From Sphaerodactylus townsendi (Eukaryota), in contig NC_059427.1 of assembly GCF_021028975.2 (NCBI RefSeq), positions 105,834,001 to 105,898,000 of the forward strand: a stretch of 64,000 bases of DNA, read 5' to 3'. Below the pieces are notes generated by a model. It was given only the letters and a program-made list of their open reading frames with translations. It had not been told where the DNA came from and searched no databases. Both the position numbers and the translations under genes were made by a program. How positions within the stretch are numbered: the stretch's first letter is position 1; each line of letters opens with the position of its first letter. Shown here piece by piece: positions 25,245-38,666 of the stretch.

Positions 25245-28050
25245 ATAATTGTATTTATACCCCACTCTCCCCAGTTTCCTGGGCTTACGGTGGCTTACAT
25301 CAATATACAATATATGTAATCTGAATTAAAATCACCTTAAACATTAATTAAAATAAGCTATTAAGAATACACATTTGAATAATAGTAGCTGTCAAGGTAC
25401 CATAAGTGTCCTCCTGGAGGATGTTCTAAAATAGCAGCTGGGCCTTAATAAAATGACAGGGGTGGGAGCAATCCCCAGAATGTAGAAGAATGGAGGGAAG
25501 GGATGCCAGCATGAAGATTTTGGTTGCTGTTGCTGTCCTTAACCATACGCCTGGCAGAACATCTTTGTCTTGCAGACCCTGTGAAACTAAGCAAGATCCC
25601 ACAGAGTTTTCCATCAACTTGGAGCCAGGGCAGAAAAAGTCCTGACTATGGCCGAGGACAGCCAGTAAGTCACAAAGATGGCCCCAAAGATACAATGGTC
25701 TCAGATTGTTTAGTCTTTATAGGTTAGTACCAAAACGTTTAACCTCATCTGGAATTCAATCTGGAGCTAGTGCAGCTGGCAGAGAACTGGTGTTATATGA
25801 GTTCTCCCTGTCAGGACCTGCACCACCACATTCTAGAGTCTAGAGTAGACCAACTACAATTTCCAGAGCAGTCTCAAGGGAAGCCCTGGGCAAAACAAGT
25901 TGCAGTGGCATAGGCCCAAGGGGACAGGGGGGGTCAAGTGACCCTAGGGACAACAGTGTGTGTGTGTGTGTCTGTGTGCGTGCATGCGTGCGTGCGTGCA
26001 AAATCACCCCCATGGAGCCAGACTGCAGGGAGGAAGGGGTGTGGCTCAGCGACCCTGAGCCTCGCCCCTGAGCATGCGGGTGGACACGCCCAAAAGTGTG
26101 TTGACCACGGGTGCCATTTCCCCCCGATATACTTCTGTGCAGTGGTCTAAACTAGAGATGACCATTTCATGGAATACTACGACTAGGTTGATCTGAGCCA
26201 GGTAAGGGGTCAGTTGCTGAAAAAGATGAAAAATGCTTTCCTGACCTCCAGGATCACTCCTAGACTCTTTATGGAAGGAACTGATTCCAATTGAATTCCA
26301 TCTACAGCAGGAAGCTGGACTCCCTGGCCCAACCTTTCCTCAGGTCAGCCACAGGACTTCTCTCTTCAACTGGTTCAATTTCAGATGGCTGTGCTTTAAC
26401 CATTTCACCACAGCCCCCAAACACTTTATCAGATTTTCCAGGATGGAAATCCAGCTGGCCATCCATTGACAGATAAATGTCATCTGCATATTAGCCCCAA
26501 ACACCTGACTAGCTAAGCAGGTGGGGGCACATATAGACATTAAAAATCATTGAGTAGAGGACTGCCTCTTGCAGGACTCCAGGTACCAGAGGGTAATATT
26601 TTGAAATCTTTTCCCCAGGCACCACCCTGTGTCCCCAGCCTTGGAAAAATGAAGTCAGCCATTGAAGAACTTCTCATTATAAGCCAATGTTGGCAGTGTC
26701 AACCATGTCAAATGCTGCTGAAAAATCAAGCAATAACAGCTGTCTGTGGAAGTCAGGGCAACCAGCACAATCTCCAGGCTGGAAACTGAACTGAAATGCA
26801 TCCAGGGTCATTGTGTCCTCCAGGAAAGACTAGTGGATCTGCGCCAGTCTTTTAAGCACCTTACTAAAAAATGGCAATTGTGAGACTGGGATCAGATGGA
26901 TCCATATATGTTTTTTTTTTTCAAGGATGGCTTCACCACTGCCTCCTCAGAGAGGGTGACTTAAAAGCAGTGTTGAATATTGACAACTAAGTTCTTCCAC
27001 AAGTTCCTCTTCATCTTCTCCTGGAATGTCACAGGATGGCACAGATGTATATCACATTCAACAAGTCTCCCTTTTTTCCACCAAAGTTTTGACACCACTA
27101 TCTCCTTTAATGTTTCAAGGAAGACCCCTGAAGTCAGGGACATGTTGATAATGTCATCCAGGGAAACTCATACCCTCCCTGCTCTGGCCTTGACCAACCA
27201 GAATGGGTAAGGATCAAGGAGACAAGTGGTTAGCTTCACAGCCAACAGGATCCTTTCTACATTGATTGGGGAGAGTTGTCTGAAATAATCTAATACTGAA
27301 CCATAGAATGCCCAAGGAGGCTCTAGATCCCTCACTGTATTATAAATAATGGAGAGGTCATATAGAGTAACAAAATTTTATCTGCAAAGAAGCTTGCAAA
27401 TGCCTCACAGCTAATGGCAGAATTTCTAACATATTGATGTAAGGGATGTAAAGGACTGAATTACCTTAAACAATTTTGCTGAGTGGGAATTCATGGATGC
27501 AATGGAGGCAGCATAATTATCTTTCTAAGCAGTCTTCATTGCCACGTCATAGGATTTCATAAACACTGAACAATATGCTATTGAGGCTTCATTGTGAGTC
27601 TGCCTCAACCCCATGATGTACTAGGGGGCTAGTCTGGAGTGGGGGCAAAGAGGACATGAGAACCAGTCCTGTTGATGGCTTTCTAAAAAGTGGCTATGCC
27701 AGTCGTTTGTCATCTTATTCAAGGAATTGCTGGGAGGTATTGGTACCCATAGAGCATTCTGGAAACCCATCGGTACTATAAGTCTCTGAAGACAAGCATA
27801 AAGCCACTTGACACTTATGCAGGAGGGGGATGGGAGGCAGAAACTGGCCCTGAGGGTGAAATAGTCCAAGAGATCAGATGGCAAAGATCAAATCCAGGAT
27901 ATGGCCTGCTTGATGTGTGGGACCTGATACAAATTGATGATACCAGGTCCAAAGCCAATAAGGAGGATGAGGCAGGCTCCTCATGGACATTGAGATGTTC
28001 CAGTATCATCAACCTAGGGTATCTCAAGACCTACTCATAGACTGTGCCTG
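25245..28050 (-). mobile_element. Decayed L2-clade LINE ORF2 (endonuclease C-terminus plus RT), about 2.8 kb, with frameshifts and deletions
   Basis: Minus-strand translations: PRLMILEHLNVH (about 27980-28025, GDFN-like), GPTHQAGHILDLIF (about 27885-27925), LLLDFSAAFDMVD (about 26698-26740), YADD (about 26479-26490) and ISSLDHCN (spanning the 25909-26137 insertion). 3' end near 25245. Confidence 0.9.
25909..26137. mobile_element. hAT-type MITE inserted in the L2
   Basis: Perfect 8-bp TSD TGCAGTGG (25901-25908 / 26138-26145). Removing the insert restores the L2 SSLDHCN motif. Termini are degenerate. Confidence 0.75.
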
Positions 28051-28492
28051 TTATATACTGCATAATTAACAATGACGGTGCCGTGGCCTTGTCTAAGGAG
28101 GCCTATTTTAAAAATTTATCTTCAAGAATGTCTGATTAGGATTGCACTGTAAATTACAGAATTAACTGGGACAAATGTAATTGATGGCCACTATTCATCA
28201 TTAGCTACTAGCTATTTTAGCTACATGGAACCTACATGTTCTAAGACACTATACCGCTGCAATTGATGAGTGGTTACAACAGTGGGAATATTTGAACTCT
28301 GCGACTTTTTTATAAGCATTTGGTGGAAAACTCTGGCAAAATAACTGTTTGATCCACAAAACTCATCTGGGAAAGTGGTTCACCACCAGCAAGAAAATGT
28401 TTCCAGAAAGAACATGAGTGGATCTGACACACTGAGAAACTCCCTGTGAACTGCTACTAAGCACAGCTCTGCTTTTCTTAGCCTGATGGTTA

Positions 28493-28982
28493 TGTCATGA
28501 ACACATTCTTTTTGGGGGGCTATCTAACAGCTCATGACATAAGGAAATTGTGTCCAGTTACCTAAGCTAGCCAGTCCTTTGTCCACCCAAGAAAAGGGAA
28601 GAATCTAGAAAAATAAAGAGGACTTAAAGCAATTTCTTTTTAAGGGTTTTATTACAAAATAGCAGGATAAAAAACAATCATGGATGAAAAAATAAAAGCA
28701 GTCTCTCTTAGGCCCTCAGTTGCAGGCTCTGCCTCCCTCCAGAATTCACTCCCATTTTCTAAACCTAAGTCCATGCATAATCTCAAAGCATCAAGGATAG
28801 TTTTGGCTCTTGAGTCAGCAGTAAGTACATAAAAAGTAGCAGCACAGCTGTCTCTCGCTGAAGACCATCTTGACCACTAAGCAGTCCCAGATATCTGGTT
28901 TCCAAGAAGACAGCCAAATGGGCTAGCTGATTCACAGGCTTGCTTGTGGCTTGAAAGCTGTCGTGATAGTTAGACTATGACA
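28493..28982 (-). mobile_element. Candidate solo LTR (about 490 bp)
   Basis: Inverted termini TGTCAT...ATGACA and a minus-strand AATAAA at 28648-28653. No clear TSD. Confidence 0.4.
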
Positions 28983-29721
28983 ACTAGTATATGGTAGATC
29001 ACAGAGTCTGAAATGCAGATGTGACTCACACATTAAGAGGTTGTGCATTGCTCTTTATGTAACATTAACAAAGCATAAGTCAGAACATTTAATTCAAGTA
29101 ATGACAAACACCAGCCAGGTTGAAAAGCATACCCTAGAAGCAGAAACAAATGGTACGTTTAGTGAATCTGTGAAGTAGTGGGTGAAAATGTGTTACTGGC
29201 AATTTCTGTGAGAACTCAAAGAGAGAAATATTTAATAATCCCCACCCCCACCCATTTTATACTGGTTTCCTGAATAACAGGTCTTTGGGAGGTTCATTGC
29301 CCCACTGTGACCATTAAACCACTGAACACCTGTCCTACACCACCAGAAAGCTACTGTTAATTTGTATTAGTTTCTTCCGACTGGGGTTTCTTTCTTCTTC
29401 TCCTCTACACTCCTGTCAAGATCTTTTTTGCTGTTTTTCTGGAAGCTGTTTTTTTATAATATTCCCACTCAGAATAGTTTGATGTCCAAAATGGCTGGTG
29501 CTGTGAAGGAAATTTCTCCTCAGAGATCTTGATGATCTGGGAGGGAATACTAGAACACCAAATATATGGAATCAAAGTGAAAATCAATATAGAACAGTCT
29601 AATGGTTCAAAAATCCATTTTAAAGTTAGTGGCAGATTAAAATATTTATCAGCAATCATCCCTTATATCAGCTCATAATCAATTTGCTTCCCTTCAGTCC
29701 AGCCCAATTCAAGTTTGCATG

Positions 29722-30557
29722 GGCCATTTCCCCACTGAGAAATTAAAAGCCAGATACAACCAGGTTTCAAAAGAAACAGCACCTTTTCATCACGGTTTCT
29801 CCCTCTCCACTGCAGCGTGTGTCTAGTGAAGACTTCAATGTCTATCACGGTTTCAAGCAATGCAGCATTCCCCATGAACGCGCGATCTGCTCAGTGGCTC
29901 TGTTCTTCCTCGTCCTGATTGGCTGTTGTGTTGTGTTGGGGTGAGAATTTTTTTAAACTTTTTTTTGCGCAGCTACATCATTGCTAGATGCATAGATGGA
30001 ATTTCCCCACCTATGCGGGGAGCAGCTTTCTTCTGATTGGCTATTGTGTTGGAGCAGGAACGATAGCTGTTTTTCGCACACAGCTATGTTTATGCGTGGC
30101 TTCAACATTTTCTAAACTCTTTACCCATGCAGTTTCGTTGGCATGAAAATCTAATTTCTGTTTACAATTTAGAGTTGGCATACAAGTCAAAACACATTTC
30201 CGCATAGCCACATTTCAACGTAGCCGTCACTGGCACGAAGCAAAAAAAAAAGGCTGCATGCGCTTCACGCACAGCTCACTTCGCTCTGATTGGCTGGAAG
30301 GCTCCACGTCACTCCCTACAGCGGGAAAATAAATCTAGATTCTGTAACCTGAACCTCCCCACCGATCTGGCTTCGGTGCATGTTTTTTTAAAAGGTGCAC
30401 TTCTATGCATTTTTCTAAAAAACACGTGATAAGGGGGAGAGTGCGCGCCAGAACCGGGATGAATCCATGTTTGGCAGTTAAGCAGTGGGGAGTTCTTGCT
30501 GAAACCTTGATATTTCAAATGAGTGTCATGCGATTAATTGACTGTGGGGAATCGACC
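29722..30557. mobile_element. About 836-bp non-autonomous DNA transposon (PIF/Harbinger-like)
   Basis: TIRs GGCCATTTCCCCAC / GTGGGGAATCGACC, flanks ATG/ATT, and three internal CTGATTGGCT motifs. Its 5' end is homologous to 61845-61938. Confidence 0.65.
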
Positions 30558-31227
30558 ATTGTTATATGCACTTCGAAAGGATCTACTCTTGAGAAATTGT
30601 GCATAGGTTTAGCTCATGGACTTGGATTCCAGTACTGAATGCCACATGCACTTTAATGGGGAATGCCCTGATTTTGGTTGATTTTTTTCTTTTATAGTCA
30701 TAGTTCTTTTTTCTACAATTGTGGCTTTATAGTCATACTGAGCATTTTTCAGTGCCACAATCAAGTGCTGTACCAACAGCAATAAGGGACAGTGATCTAT
30801 GGCATAGGGTGAGCTTGAACTGCAAAAGTGTAAAGTGGGTAGAGCTGAAATGTTGCTAAATATTTGAATGTCTTTCATTTTCCATGACTTACCTCTTGAA
30901 ATTTGGAAAGAGATTTCTGTCATTTTTAAATGGACATTTTAAATGTGGAATTTGGAACAAATAACTCTGAAATCATTAGACTTGTTGGCATCTTTTGGTA
31001 GTTTTGATTTTGCCAGATTTAAAAGATGAAAGCTTTTAACATTGGATGTTTCTTCCCTGATTGTCTTTCAACATAGGCCAAAACTTTTTTAAAAAATTTC
31101 AGGCAGCTTTTAATATCTGAGTATTTTAACAACTGAGAGTTTTTAAAAGTGAGTTATTTAGGGTATTCTTGTGAATATGTATTGATATTTGCTGCTAATA
31201 ATGGTTTTATTGTTAACATGTTGTTTA

Positions 31228-31525
31228 GAGAGCCAGCATGGTGTAGTTGTGATGAAGAGTGGTGGACTGTAATCTGGAGAACCGGGTTTGATTCCCCACT
31301 CTTCCACATGAAAGATGAATTCTTATCTGGTGAACTGAATTTGTTCCTCTGCTCCTACACACGAAGGCTGCTGGGTGACCTTGGACTAATCACAGTTATT
31401 CAGAACTCTTTCAGCTGCACCTACCTCACAAGGTGTTTGTTGTGGGGAGAAGAGAAAGGAGTTTGTAAGACACCTTGAGTCTCCTTACAGGAGAAAAAGG
31501 TGGGGTATAAACCCAAACTCTTCTT
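31228..31525 (+). mobile_element. Squam3-like SINE (older subfamily)
   Basis: GAGAGCCAGCATGGTGTAG head, GGGTTTGATTCCCC B box, GGGTGACCTTGGACTAATCAC core and ATAAACCCAAACTCTTCTT tail. Confidence 0.9.
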
Positions 31526-32119
31526 GAAGAAAAACAAGTAGAAAAGGGATGGGGATAGTTGCATGGCTCTCTTTGAGTTTACACAGAAATTGTTAGTAAC
31601 ACATTTCACCCAGTACTTCACAGATACACCACACTGGCTATCTAAACAACAACAGGGAAGGGGAGGATCCTCAGTACTTTAATTTCACTCCAGATCCTTG
31701 CCAGTTTTCCTTTTGTGCCATGACTGCCCTGGTGCCCAGGCTGATCCTTAGGGCACCAGCAATGAATAAAAAGTGATTTTTATATATCTGGAATTTTCTC
31801 CAGGTAGGCAGGAAAAAGGTCATCTTGTCTGTGCACATAAATATCAGTCCAGAATCATTCTGAATAGTGTGAGCTTGGGCTACACATTCTTGTTGGATGG
31901 TATGCCTGTCAGGTACATGAGTCACTCTCAGCTATTGCTGCCACAGGAACAGATACCTAAAGGCACTATAGGGGAAGGGAAATGAAAAACAAAGAATAGT
32001 CACAGAAATCACAGTGCTGCCAGAAAAGACTGCTAGGACTGGCCCAATTGATTTAGACCCAAAAGAGGGAAGTCGTTTTATTGGATTAATTACTCTTCTG
32101 AGATTAAAACAACAACATG

Positions 32120-32293
32120 TGTTTGGATCCAGACTAAATCAGCAATTTCCACCAATTCCCCTTCCTCTGCAGACCCACTTCATATAATTCTTCATGGTCT
32201 CCTGCCATCCCAGGAGGAGCATTTTGTGGAAATCAGTGAGTTGCTGGGGGGAGAGGCATTCTGCCATTGCAAAATCTAGTCTGGATCCAACCC
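32120..32293. mobile_element. Short TIR element (MITE), unclassified
   Basis: TTGGATCCAGACTAAAT at the left end and ATCTAGTCTGGATCCAA at the right end, a 16/17 inverted match. Confidence 0.65.
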
Positions 32294-32542
32294 ATTGTCT
32301 ATGTGCTTAAGCTTTTAATTCATTTTCCAAATATAGACTTTCCTACTTCTTATTTGACAAGAAATTTGATATAGCAAACCACGCTACATATTGTAACCGT
32401 CACAGGAAGCACACACTCCATGGACAGTGCATTTAGCATCTTGTATTGACTAATTCAAATAAGAATGCAAGGCTGTGGGGGGAAAGGGAGGATTGAACAA
32501 GTGTGTTCTGCACTGGAATCAGAGGTCCTGCTCATTTCTACA

Positions 32543-32723
32543 TAGAGTTGTCAGCTGTTTGAAAAATTCCTGGAAATTTTGGGTTTAATTCTAGGGAGGG
32601 TGATGTTTGGAGACCTCAGCAGGGTATAATGCCATATAGGACTTTCTTTAGGGAAACTGATCTCTGGAGATCAGTTGCAATTGTGTGAAATCTCTAGACC
32701 CCACTTGGAAGTTGTCAACCCTA
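32543..32723. mobile_element. Old hAT (Blackjack-like) MITE
   Basis: TAGAGTTGTCA...TGTCAACCCTA termini. A related end GGTTGGCAACCCTA is at about 2596-2609. TSD eroded. Confidence 0.6.
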
Positions 32724-33852
32724 TTCCTAGGATTGCTGGCTAGAGGAGTGGTAATCACAGGATTGAGCTACAGATATTTCAAGCTGGGATTCTAGAAACC
32801 ACAGACCAGAATTGATGCTGGTAATCAGGTGCCCCTGAACCGACCAGCTCCAAGATCTTCTGTATCCCTAACAATCTAGGTTATTTGCCATTGGTAAAGG
32901 CTACCAGGATACTGGTAAAGGCCATCAGGATATCCCTTGGTGACTCTGCCTGTTTCCCCTTGTTCCAGGCACTTACTATTTTGTATTTTCCCTGGGGGGA
33001 GAAGTGTTTACTGTGCTTGGACCAAGGAAGGTATATAAACCAAGATAGCGATATAGGTGGCACATTTGGTCAAGGCCTCTTTAAATGATTACCTGTGGGG
33101 AATCATTTCACTAGAAGGAGTTTTCCATCTAAGGTTTTTTTTTTGCAAAAAGACCACAAGGAATGTAATCAATAGTCTTCAGACCTATCATCCAGGTTTA
33201 TGGATTTTCTTTCTTCTGACTGTCTGATATCACATGTGCTGGTAGAGACAGCTGAACTGATTAAGCAACAAATGAATCATTCACACCTACAGCTCTTTTG
33301 GCACAGAAAAAGAAAGTTGGTGGGGCTGTTGAAAGAGAGTGTGAGAATAAGCCATCATCACTCATTGCTGTGATATGTTTTCAGGGATTTTTTTCTCCTT
33401 TTTACCATAAAATAATAAAACACTGCAAAGAAAGAATTAGGAAGGCTTTTAAAAATGTTTATCATGAACAACTTTAAATAGGGGGAAAGAGGGGTAAATG
33501 ATCAGATGTTGTAACTGAAAAGACCAAATGAGAAAGGGAAAACCTTTGAATATATTTCTGCCAGATTCTCTTTGGAGATATGAAGCTATATTGTTCTCTA
33601 TAACTTGTAGAAATGAATGCTATCTTGATTTAGAATTGGTCCAAGCTTCCTGTGAGAATTCACAAGCTTTACATCATCCAAAATTTCCTTCATCTGGTAT
33701 CTTCCTTCTCTGTGACACCTTCCCTTCTTCCAATGTTACCTTGAAGTAGTGATTAGAGGGAGGGAAAGAATGCTCCATGGGTTTTCATTAGTCCTTCAGT
33801 TCTTATTAAAAGGATGCTCCCTGCGATGGACACCCACTTAGCCTGATTATAA

Positions 33853-34147
33853 CACCCTCCCTCCCCTCCCTTTCATGCCACCTCTCCCTCCCCCTCCCCT
33901 CCCCCCTTCCCTTGCATGCCACTGCTCCCCCTCACTCCCTCCCTTGCATGCCACCCCTCACTCTCTCCCCTCCCTCGCTCCTCTTCCCTTGCATGCCATC
34001 CCTCCCTCCCTCCCTCCCTTCCCTCTCTCTCCGCTAGGGTGGGTGGATTATGTCCAGATGCCAGGCCCCCTCCCTTGCATTCCACCCCTCACTCTCTCCC
34101 CTCCCTCCCCTTCCCTTCCCTCCCCTTGGATGCCCCTTCCCTTGCAA
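33853..34147. repeat. Pyrimidine-rich low-complexity repeat with recurring CCCTTGCATGCCA-like unit
   Basis: About six CCCTTG(C/G)A motifs separated by CCCT tracts. Confidence 0.8.
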
Positions 34148-35170
34148 GAGTTAGAGAAACCACTAACTCTTATTTTTCCTGCCTTTTCACTTAATGGACT
34201 AAGTTGATGCAAAAATATGGTAGTGTGAAGTAGGTAGCCACATTCCCTCAGCCTTGTTATCACTCACCAGAAGGGGAAGGGATGCCCACTGACTTATTTT
34301 TCTTTCCTTTTCAGACACTCCCCACACTAGGCATACTAAAATATACTGAAGCAGAAGTAAACTTAAACAAGAACACATATTTATTTAACAGGCAGAGGAG
34401 ATGGTAAAGATATTCACCAGAGTGGATACTTAAATTTGGAGATGGATGGCTGAGTCAAATAAGGCGTGAGACAAGAGAAATGTAGGTCTATTCCACACAG
34501 CATTAATAAGACGTCCTGAGGACACAAAAAAGGTGTCTTGGAAAGAAATTCCGCATAGATTTTTCCCAAGGCATTCTCAGGACTGTTTTTTTTTAAGTTC
34601 AAGATGTCATTTTCTGAAGATGCTAGAATGAGGACTCATTTTCTTCAGGCCACCTGCAAGATGTCTCCTGCTTGGCTATTTGGAATGCAGGAGCTCAGGA
34701 GGCATCTTAAGTTTCCCGCCTGACTGTTAGGCTCTCTAATCAGTTTCCTCCTCAGCTTGTGCCCAACATTTTATGTGCTGCTGAAGGAATTCTCCCTGCC
34801 TCCATTTGCTGAAGGTTGCCTCAGGATGTTTGCTCTGCAGGATCCAATCCTGAACACATTTTCAGTTTGAAGAATACACAGTTGTACTCAGCTGGTCCTG
34901 CCGATTTCAGCAATACATATCCTTGGTTTGGACCTCAGCCCAAATTAAGAGTTTTGTCCAGATTGTAACTAACTTCATTATTTCTGATCTGGGAACAGGC
35001 AGAGTTAAGGAGAAAAAAAGATTCCAAAGCTTAGAATGTCATTATGTTTCTTGTATTCAGTCCTTCATTTAGCGATCATGAGAGCGTTCACCTTGGCTCG
35101 CCTTGATTTACATTTGTCCTTGCATGTGCTTTTTTAAAAAAAGATCTTCTTTTCAAGGAGAATGTTAGCA

Positions 35171-36688
35171 TATAACGTACTGGTACTCCCCTCCCAGTGC
35201 CAGTCTACTTAAGTGTGAGACTGCAGTCCCGAAATAAAGCGGCCTGTAGTTTTTCTTTAAAAAACGTAAGACTTTATTGAAAGCTGAAGCATGCAAGGGA
35301 TAGACGAATTCTGAGGAATATAGAAAGAACAAAACCTTAAATCCCTGCTGCCCTTGGCCCGCCCCCTAGCCGGGCCCAAGAGCCGCAGTTACAGTAAAAT
35401 AATAAAGGAAAGAATACCAACATTCAGATACAGAGTTAACGTTACAAAAGGCAGGGCTTGGCCACACCTTGGAGAGCTATGGCTGCATTTTAGCTTTTGT
35501 TTGGAAGGCTAGAAGAGGGAGGGGGGATTGAGCCAAGGAGCCCATCCTGACATTAAGTACCAAAAGCTTAATCTTTGGGAATAAGGAAAGTTTACTGAGT
35601 AAGAGGGGAACTGTGAAAGCCTCGCTGGGGTGGGAGTTCCAATACTTCATTGAACCAAAATAAGATTTTGGTAACTTCAAGGTTCCAAACAAATTAATTT
35701 AAAAAGTTAAAATAAAATATAACCAAGGCACCAACTACTTTATATAACTTCTGATCAGCATAAAGTCATTCTAACCCTTTTCACTCTTATAATGAAGCTA
35801 TGTCACCCTCATACATAAGGTGACCAGACGTCCCACTTTTGGCGGAACAGTCCCGCCTTAAACCAATCTGTCCTGCGTCCCGTGGGGTTTTTTAATTGTC
35901 CCAATTTTTCCTTGTGGGGCACTCCCCTTTTCCCGCTCTGTCACAGGACGGGAAACAGGGGAGCGCCCCAGAAGGCAGTGCGGCAGCCTCCCGCGCACGT
36001 GGCCACAGGAGCGCACTGCCATTGGGGAGTGCCCCAAAAAGGCAGTGCGCTCCTGTGGCTGCACGCATGCGCACATGCCCCCATCCCGGTTTAAAAAGGT
36101 GACAATCTGGTCACCTTACTCATACAGCTTCTGTTATTTTCTGACAGATTTTTCGTCAGAGAGAGATTTGACTCTCTAACTCTGACAGTTTTTCTCTGTA
36201 AAAACTGCATAGCCAAAGTTCTTATCATACAGATATGACACAGATCTCATGCACTTTCGAGCACATAAAGCGGTTGATGCAACACGTTTTTGTATTTTGG
36301 CACAGATCTCATGCCCTCACAGATACAACACAGATCTTGTGCCCTCTCACAGATATGATAGAACTCTTTTCCACATAGGACTCTTTCCACACAGGACTCT
36401 ACTCTCTGTGTTCAGCACAGATTCTCAATCTCACACAGAGCTCTCTCTCTGTGTTTCAGCACAGACCCTCAATCTCAGATCTCTTTCACACAGAGAACAC
36501 TGACTAACTCGCTCTGTCTCCACCCCCTTTCATACTCTCTCTTCCCCCCCCCCCCCAGGTACTCCTCACAAAACCCAATCACAACTCTCCTGCCTTTTCA
36601 TGGCCACTCCCCCAGTCTCTCCTATTCAGCACTCAGTTTAAAGACACACAAACCTACAATAATTTCAATCCAACTTTAAATCGTTACA
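35171..36688 (-). mobile_element. Candidate solo LTR hosting a hAT MITE
   Basis: Termini T[A]TAACG (35171) ... CGTTACA (36688). Minus-strand AATAAA at 35273-35278, CCAAT at 36575-36579, and internal CACAGATCTC-type short repeats at 36230-36500. No TSD seen. Confidence 0.5.
35816..36118. mobile_element. Young hAT (Blackjack-like) MITE, 303 bp
   Basis: Perfect 13-bp TIR TAAGGTGACCAGA / TCTGGTCACCTTA, perfect 8-bp TSD CTCATACA (35808-35815 / 36119-36126), CpG-rich. Confidence 0.95.
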
Positions 36689-38036
36689 GTCACCCAACAA
36701 GCTTCCACAGAAGAGTGGGGTTTTGAACCTGAATCTTCCACAGCCTAGTTCTGGCTCTTTTTATTGATTTTTTTTCTGTAAATGGAAGTGTTCTGTTTTG
36801 AATCTGAACGCTGTACAGTCCAGTATGTCACATCTGTAAGAACCAGGCCAGAAAGTTCTGTGGAAACTTAAAACCTGACAAATGTATTGTAGCTTTGTAA
36901 TTACATATTTCAAAATTAAAAAGAAAACATCATGATTATATTAACATACTGTGCAATCCTATGCAGTTACTGCAGTGAAAACCCAATGAAATAATTAGAA
37001 AGGTGTAAATCTGCATTGGATAATAAAGATAGTCTAGCAAATTACATTTTGTACGGTGTAAAGGGGGCAGAATAAAAGACACAAACAATCCAAAGCTAAA
37101 CATTCTAAAACCCCAATGTCCTAAAAAGAAAAAGCATATGCTTGACTCTCCCCATGAAATCACTGAGAGGATTACCATAGAATCCTTACCATGTTTATTC
37201 AGATGTAAGCACAAATTAGCTCAACTGGGTTATTCATAAATAAATTTGCTTGGTCTTGCAGCTTGAATAGTAATAAAGAGTCTGCAGTCACCAGGGCTGT
37301 TAAAAAGATGAAAAAAATTTGCAAGGCAGACACCCTGGCTACTTACCAGCCCCAAGGGATACATTCTCCAAACTCTCCAGCCTTTTTTCCTGCCATGACC
37401 CCTATTTCTTTTTTTGTTTTCTTCAGAAAATTGAATGCTGCCACCATCTACCCCCACAATCAATTGGAACCCAACACAGGAAGCTGATTGATCAGCTGCA
37501 AAATTCTCTTCCTTTCTGCTTTCTTCAGTTGAACCTATAGGTTTTCTCTCAGCTGCTGAGGGGTGGATTCAGTCCTTTTCAAACCTGTATAGCTGGCTGC
37601 AGTGGAGAACACTCAGATTTGGGGTTGGGGTGTTGCTACTTTATTAGGCCACCGAGGGGAAAAAGAGTACATGCATAAAGCTTGGCTGTGATGGTTGCAA
37701 ATTTACTTCATCAAGAAATACCAGATATTTATTACCCAATATTTTCTCAGTTTATTTACTGGAGAGAAAGGGCAAATACTGAATTGTCAAGTTCAGAACT
37801 AGACACCTGGCAGCCGTTGTTCAGGGAGTGCAGCATGAGGCAGATTCCACTGTGAACCAGATTTGAAGCAAAGCAGTTTTGGGTCCAACTTGCATTGGGG
37901 TGATACTTTTGAAATTGGTAGAGTTCAGAATATTAACTACATCCTCTTCACCTCCATCACTATTTTCAACTTGCAAGGTTTGAATGGGACAAACGTGGGA
38001 ATGAGTTAGGAAAAGAAACTGAAGTGTGGATCTCTG

Positions 38037-38309
38037 GGCCTTTCCCCAATCTCTTCCACCACCACCACCCCTATGCCGTGCGCTGCTCTTAGCGCGCGGT
38101 ATCCCAGGCGTGCACCCGGGCGTCCCCATCAAAAGGCGCCCTTAAGAAGAGTGCCTGGGATGCTGCACGCTGAGGGGGCGCAACAGTTGTGCTTGATTAG
38201 AGTAACTAAGCGCTGTTGCCGCCCCACCTGTAGGTAAGGGAGTGCAGGAGGTTACCCGGCAGCTACTCTCCTCAAGTAGCGCGGGGCTTAAGGTAAGTGG
38301 GGAAAGGCC
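38037..38309. mobile_element. PIF/Harbinger-like MITE
   Basis: Perfect 12-bp TIR GGCCTTTCCCCA / TGGGGAAAGGCC and CpG-rich interior. TSD not evident. Confidence 0.7.
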
Positions 38310-38487
38310 TCCTGTAGCAGGTGTGAATACAAATTTAAATCAGTTTTAGTTGCATACATTTGAGGTGCTGAACATTGCTGAACATTGCTCTTCTAATTTG
38401 TCTGCAAAATTGATTGTCCATTATCACTAATGTGAATCTATTAAACAATGGGCCAGTTCAGACATCTGGCTTGTCAGTAAGATCTTA

Positions 38488-38577
38488 ACAATGCAATTCT
38501 ATGCAGCATTACTTTGGTCTAAATTTATTGATTTCAGTGAGTTTAGACAGGAATAACTTTTCATAGGGTTGCCCTGT
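38488..38577. repeat. Short palindromic interspersed repeat, same family as 4982-5062
   Basis: ACAATGCAATTCTATGCAG...TATTGATTTCAGTG...CATAGGGTTGCCCTGT. Confidence 0.5.
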
Positions 38578-38666
38578 AGTGTTGTAGGAAGCTAGATTAG
38601 GTTTTGGCTGTCATGTACCTCCCATCACACAAATGTTGTGAGCTGATTCTTCACATGTGAAAACAA

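Noticed and set aside
29405-29540. Minus-strand acceptor (TTCCCTCCCAG) followed by IIKISEEKFPSQHQPFW...
   Set aside because: No recognisable protein similarity, no partner exons, and all frames close within about 130 bp. RNA-seq would be needed.
31228-31300. tRNA-like A/B boxes (also at about 18350-18423 and 51721-51790)
   Set aside because: These are SINE heads, not tRNA genes. There is no cloverleaf and the sequence continues into the SINE body.
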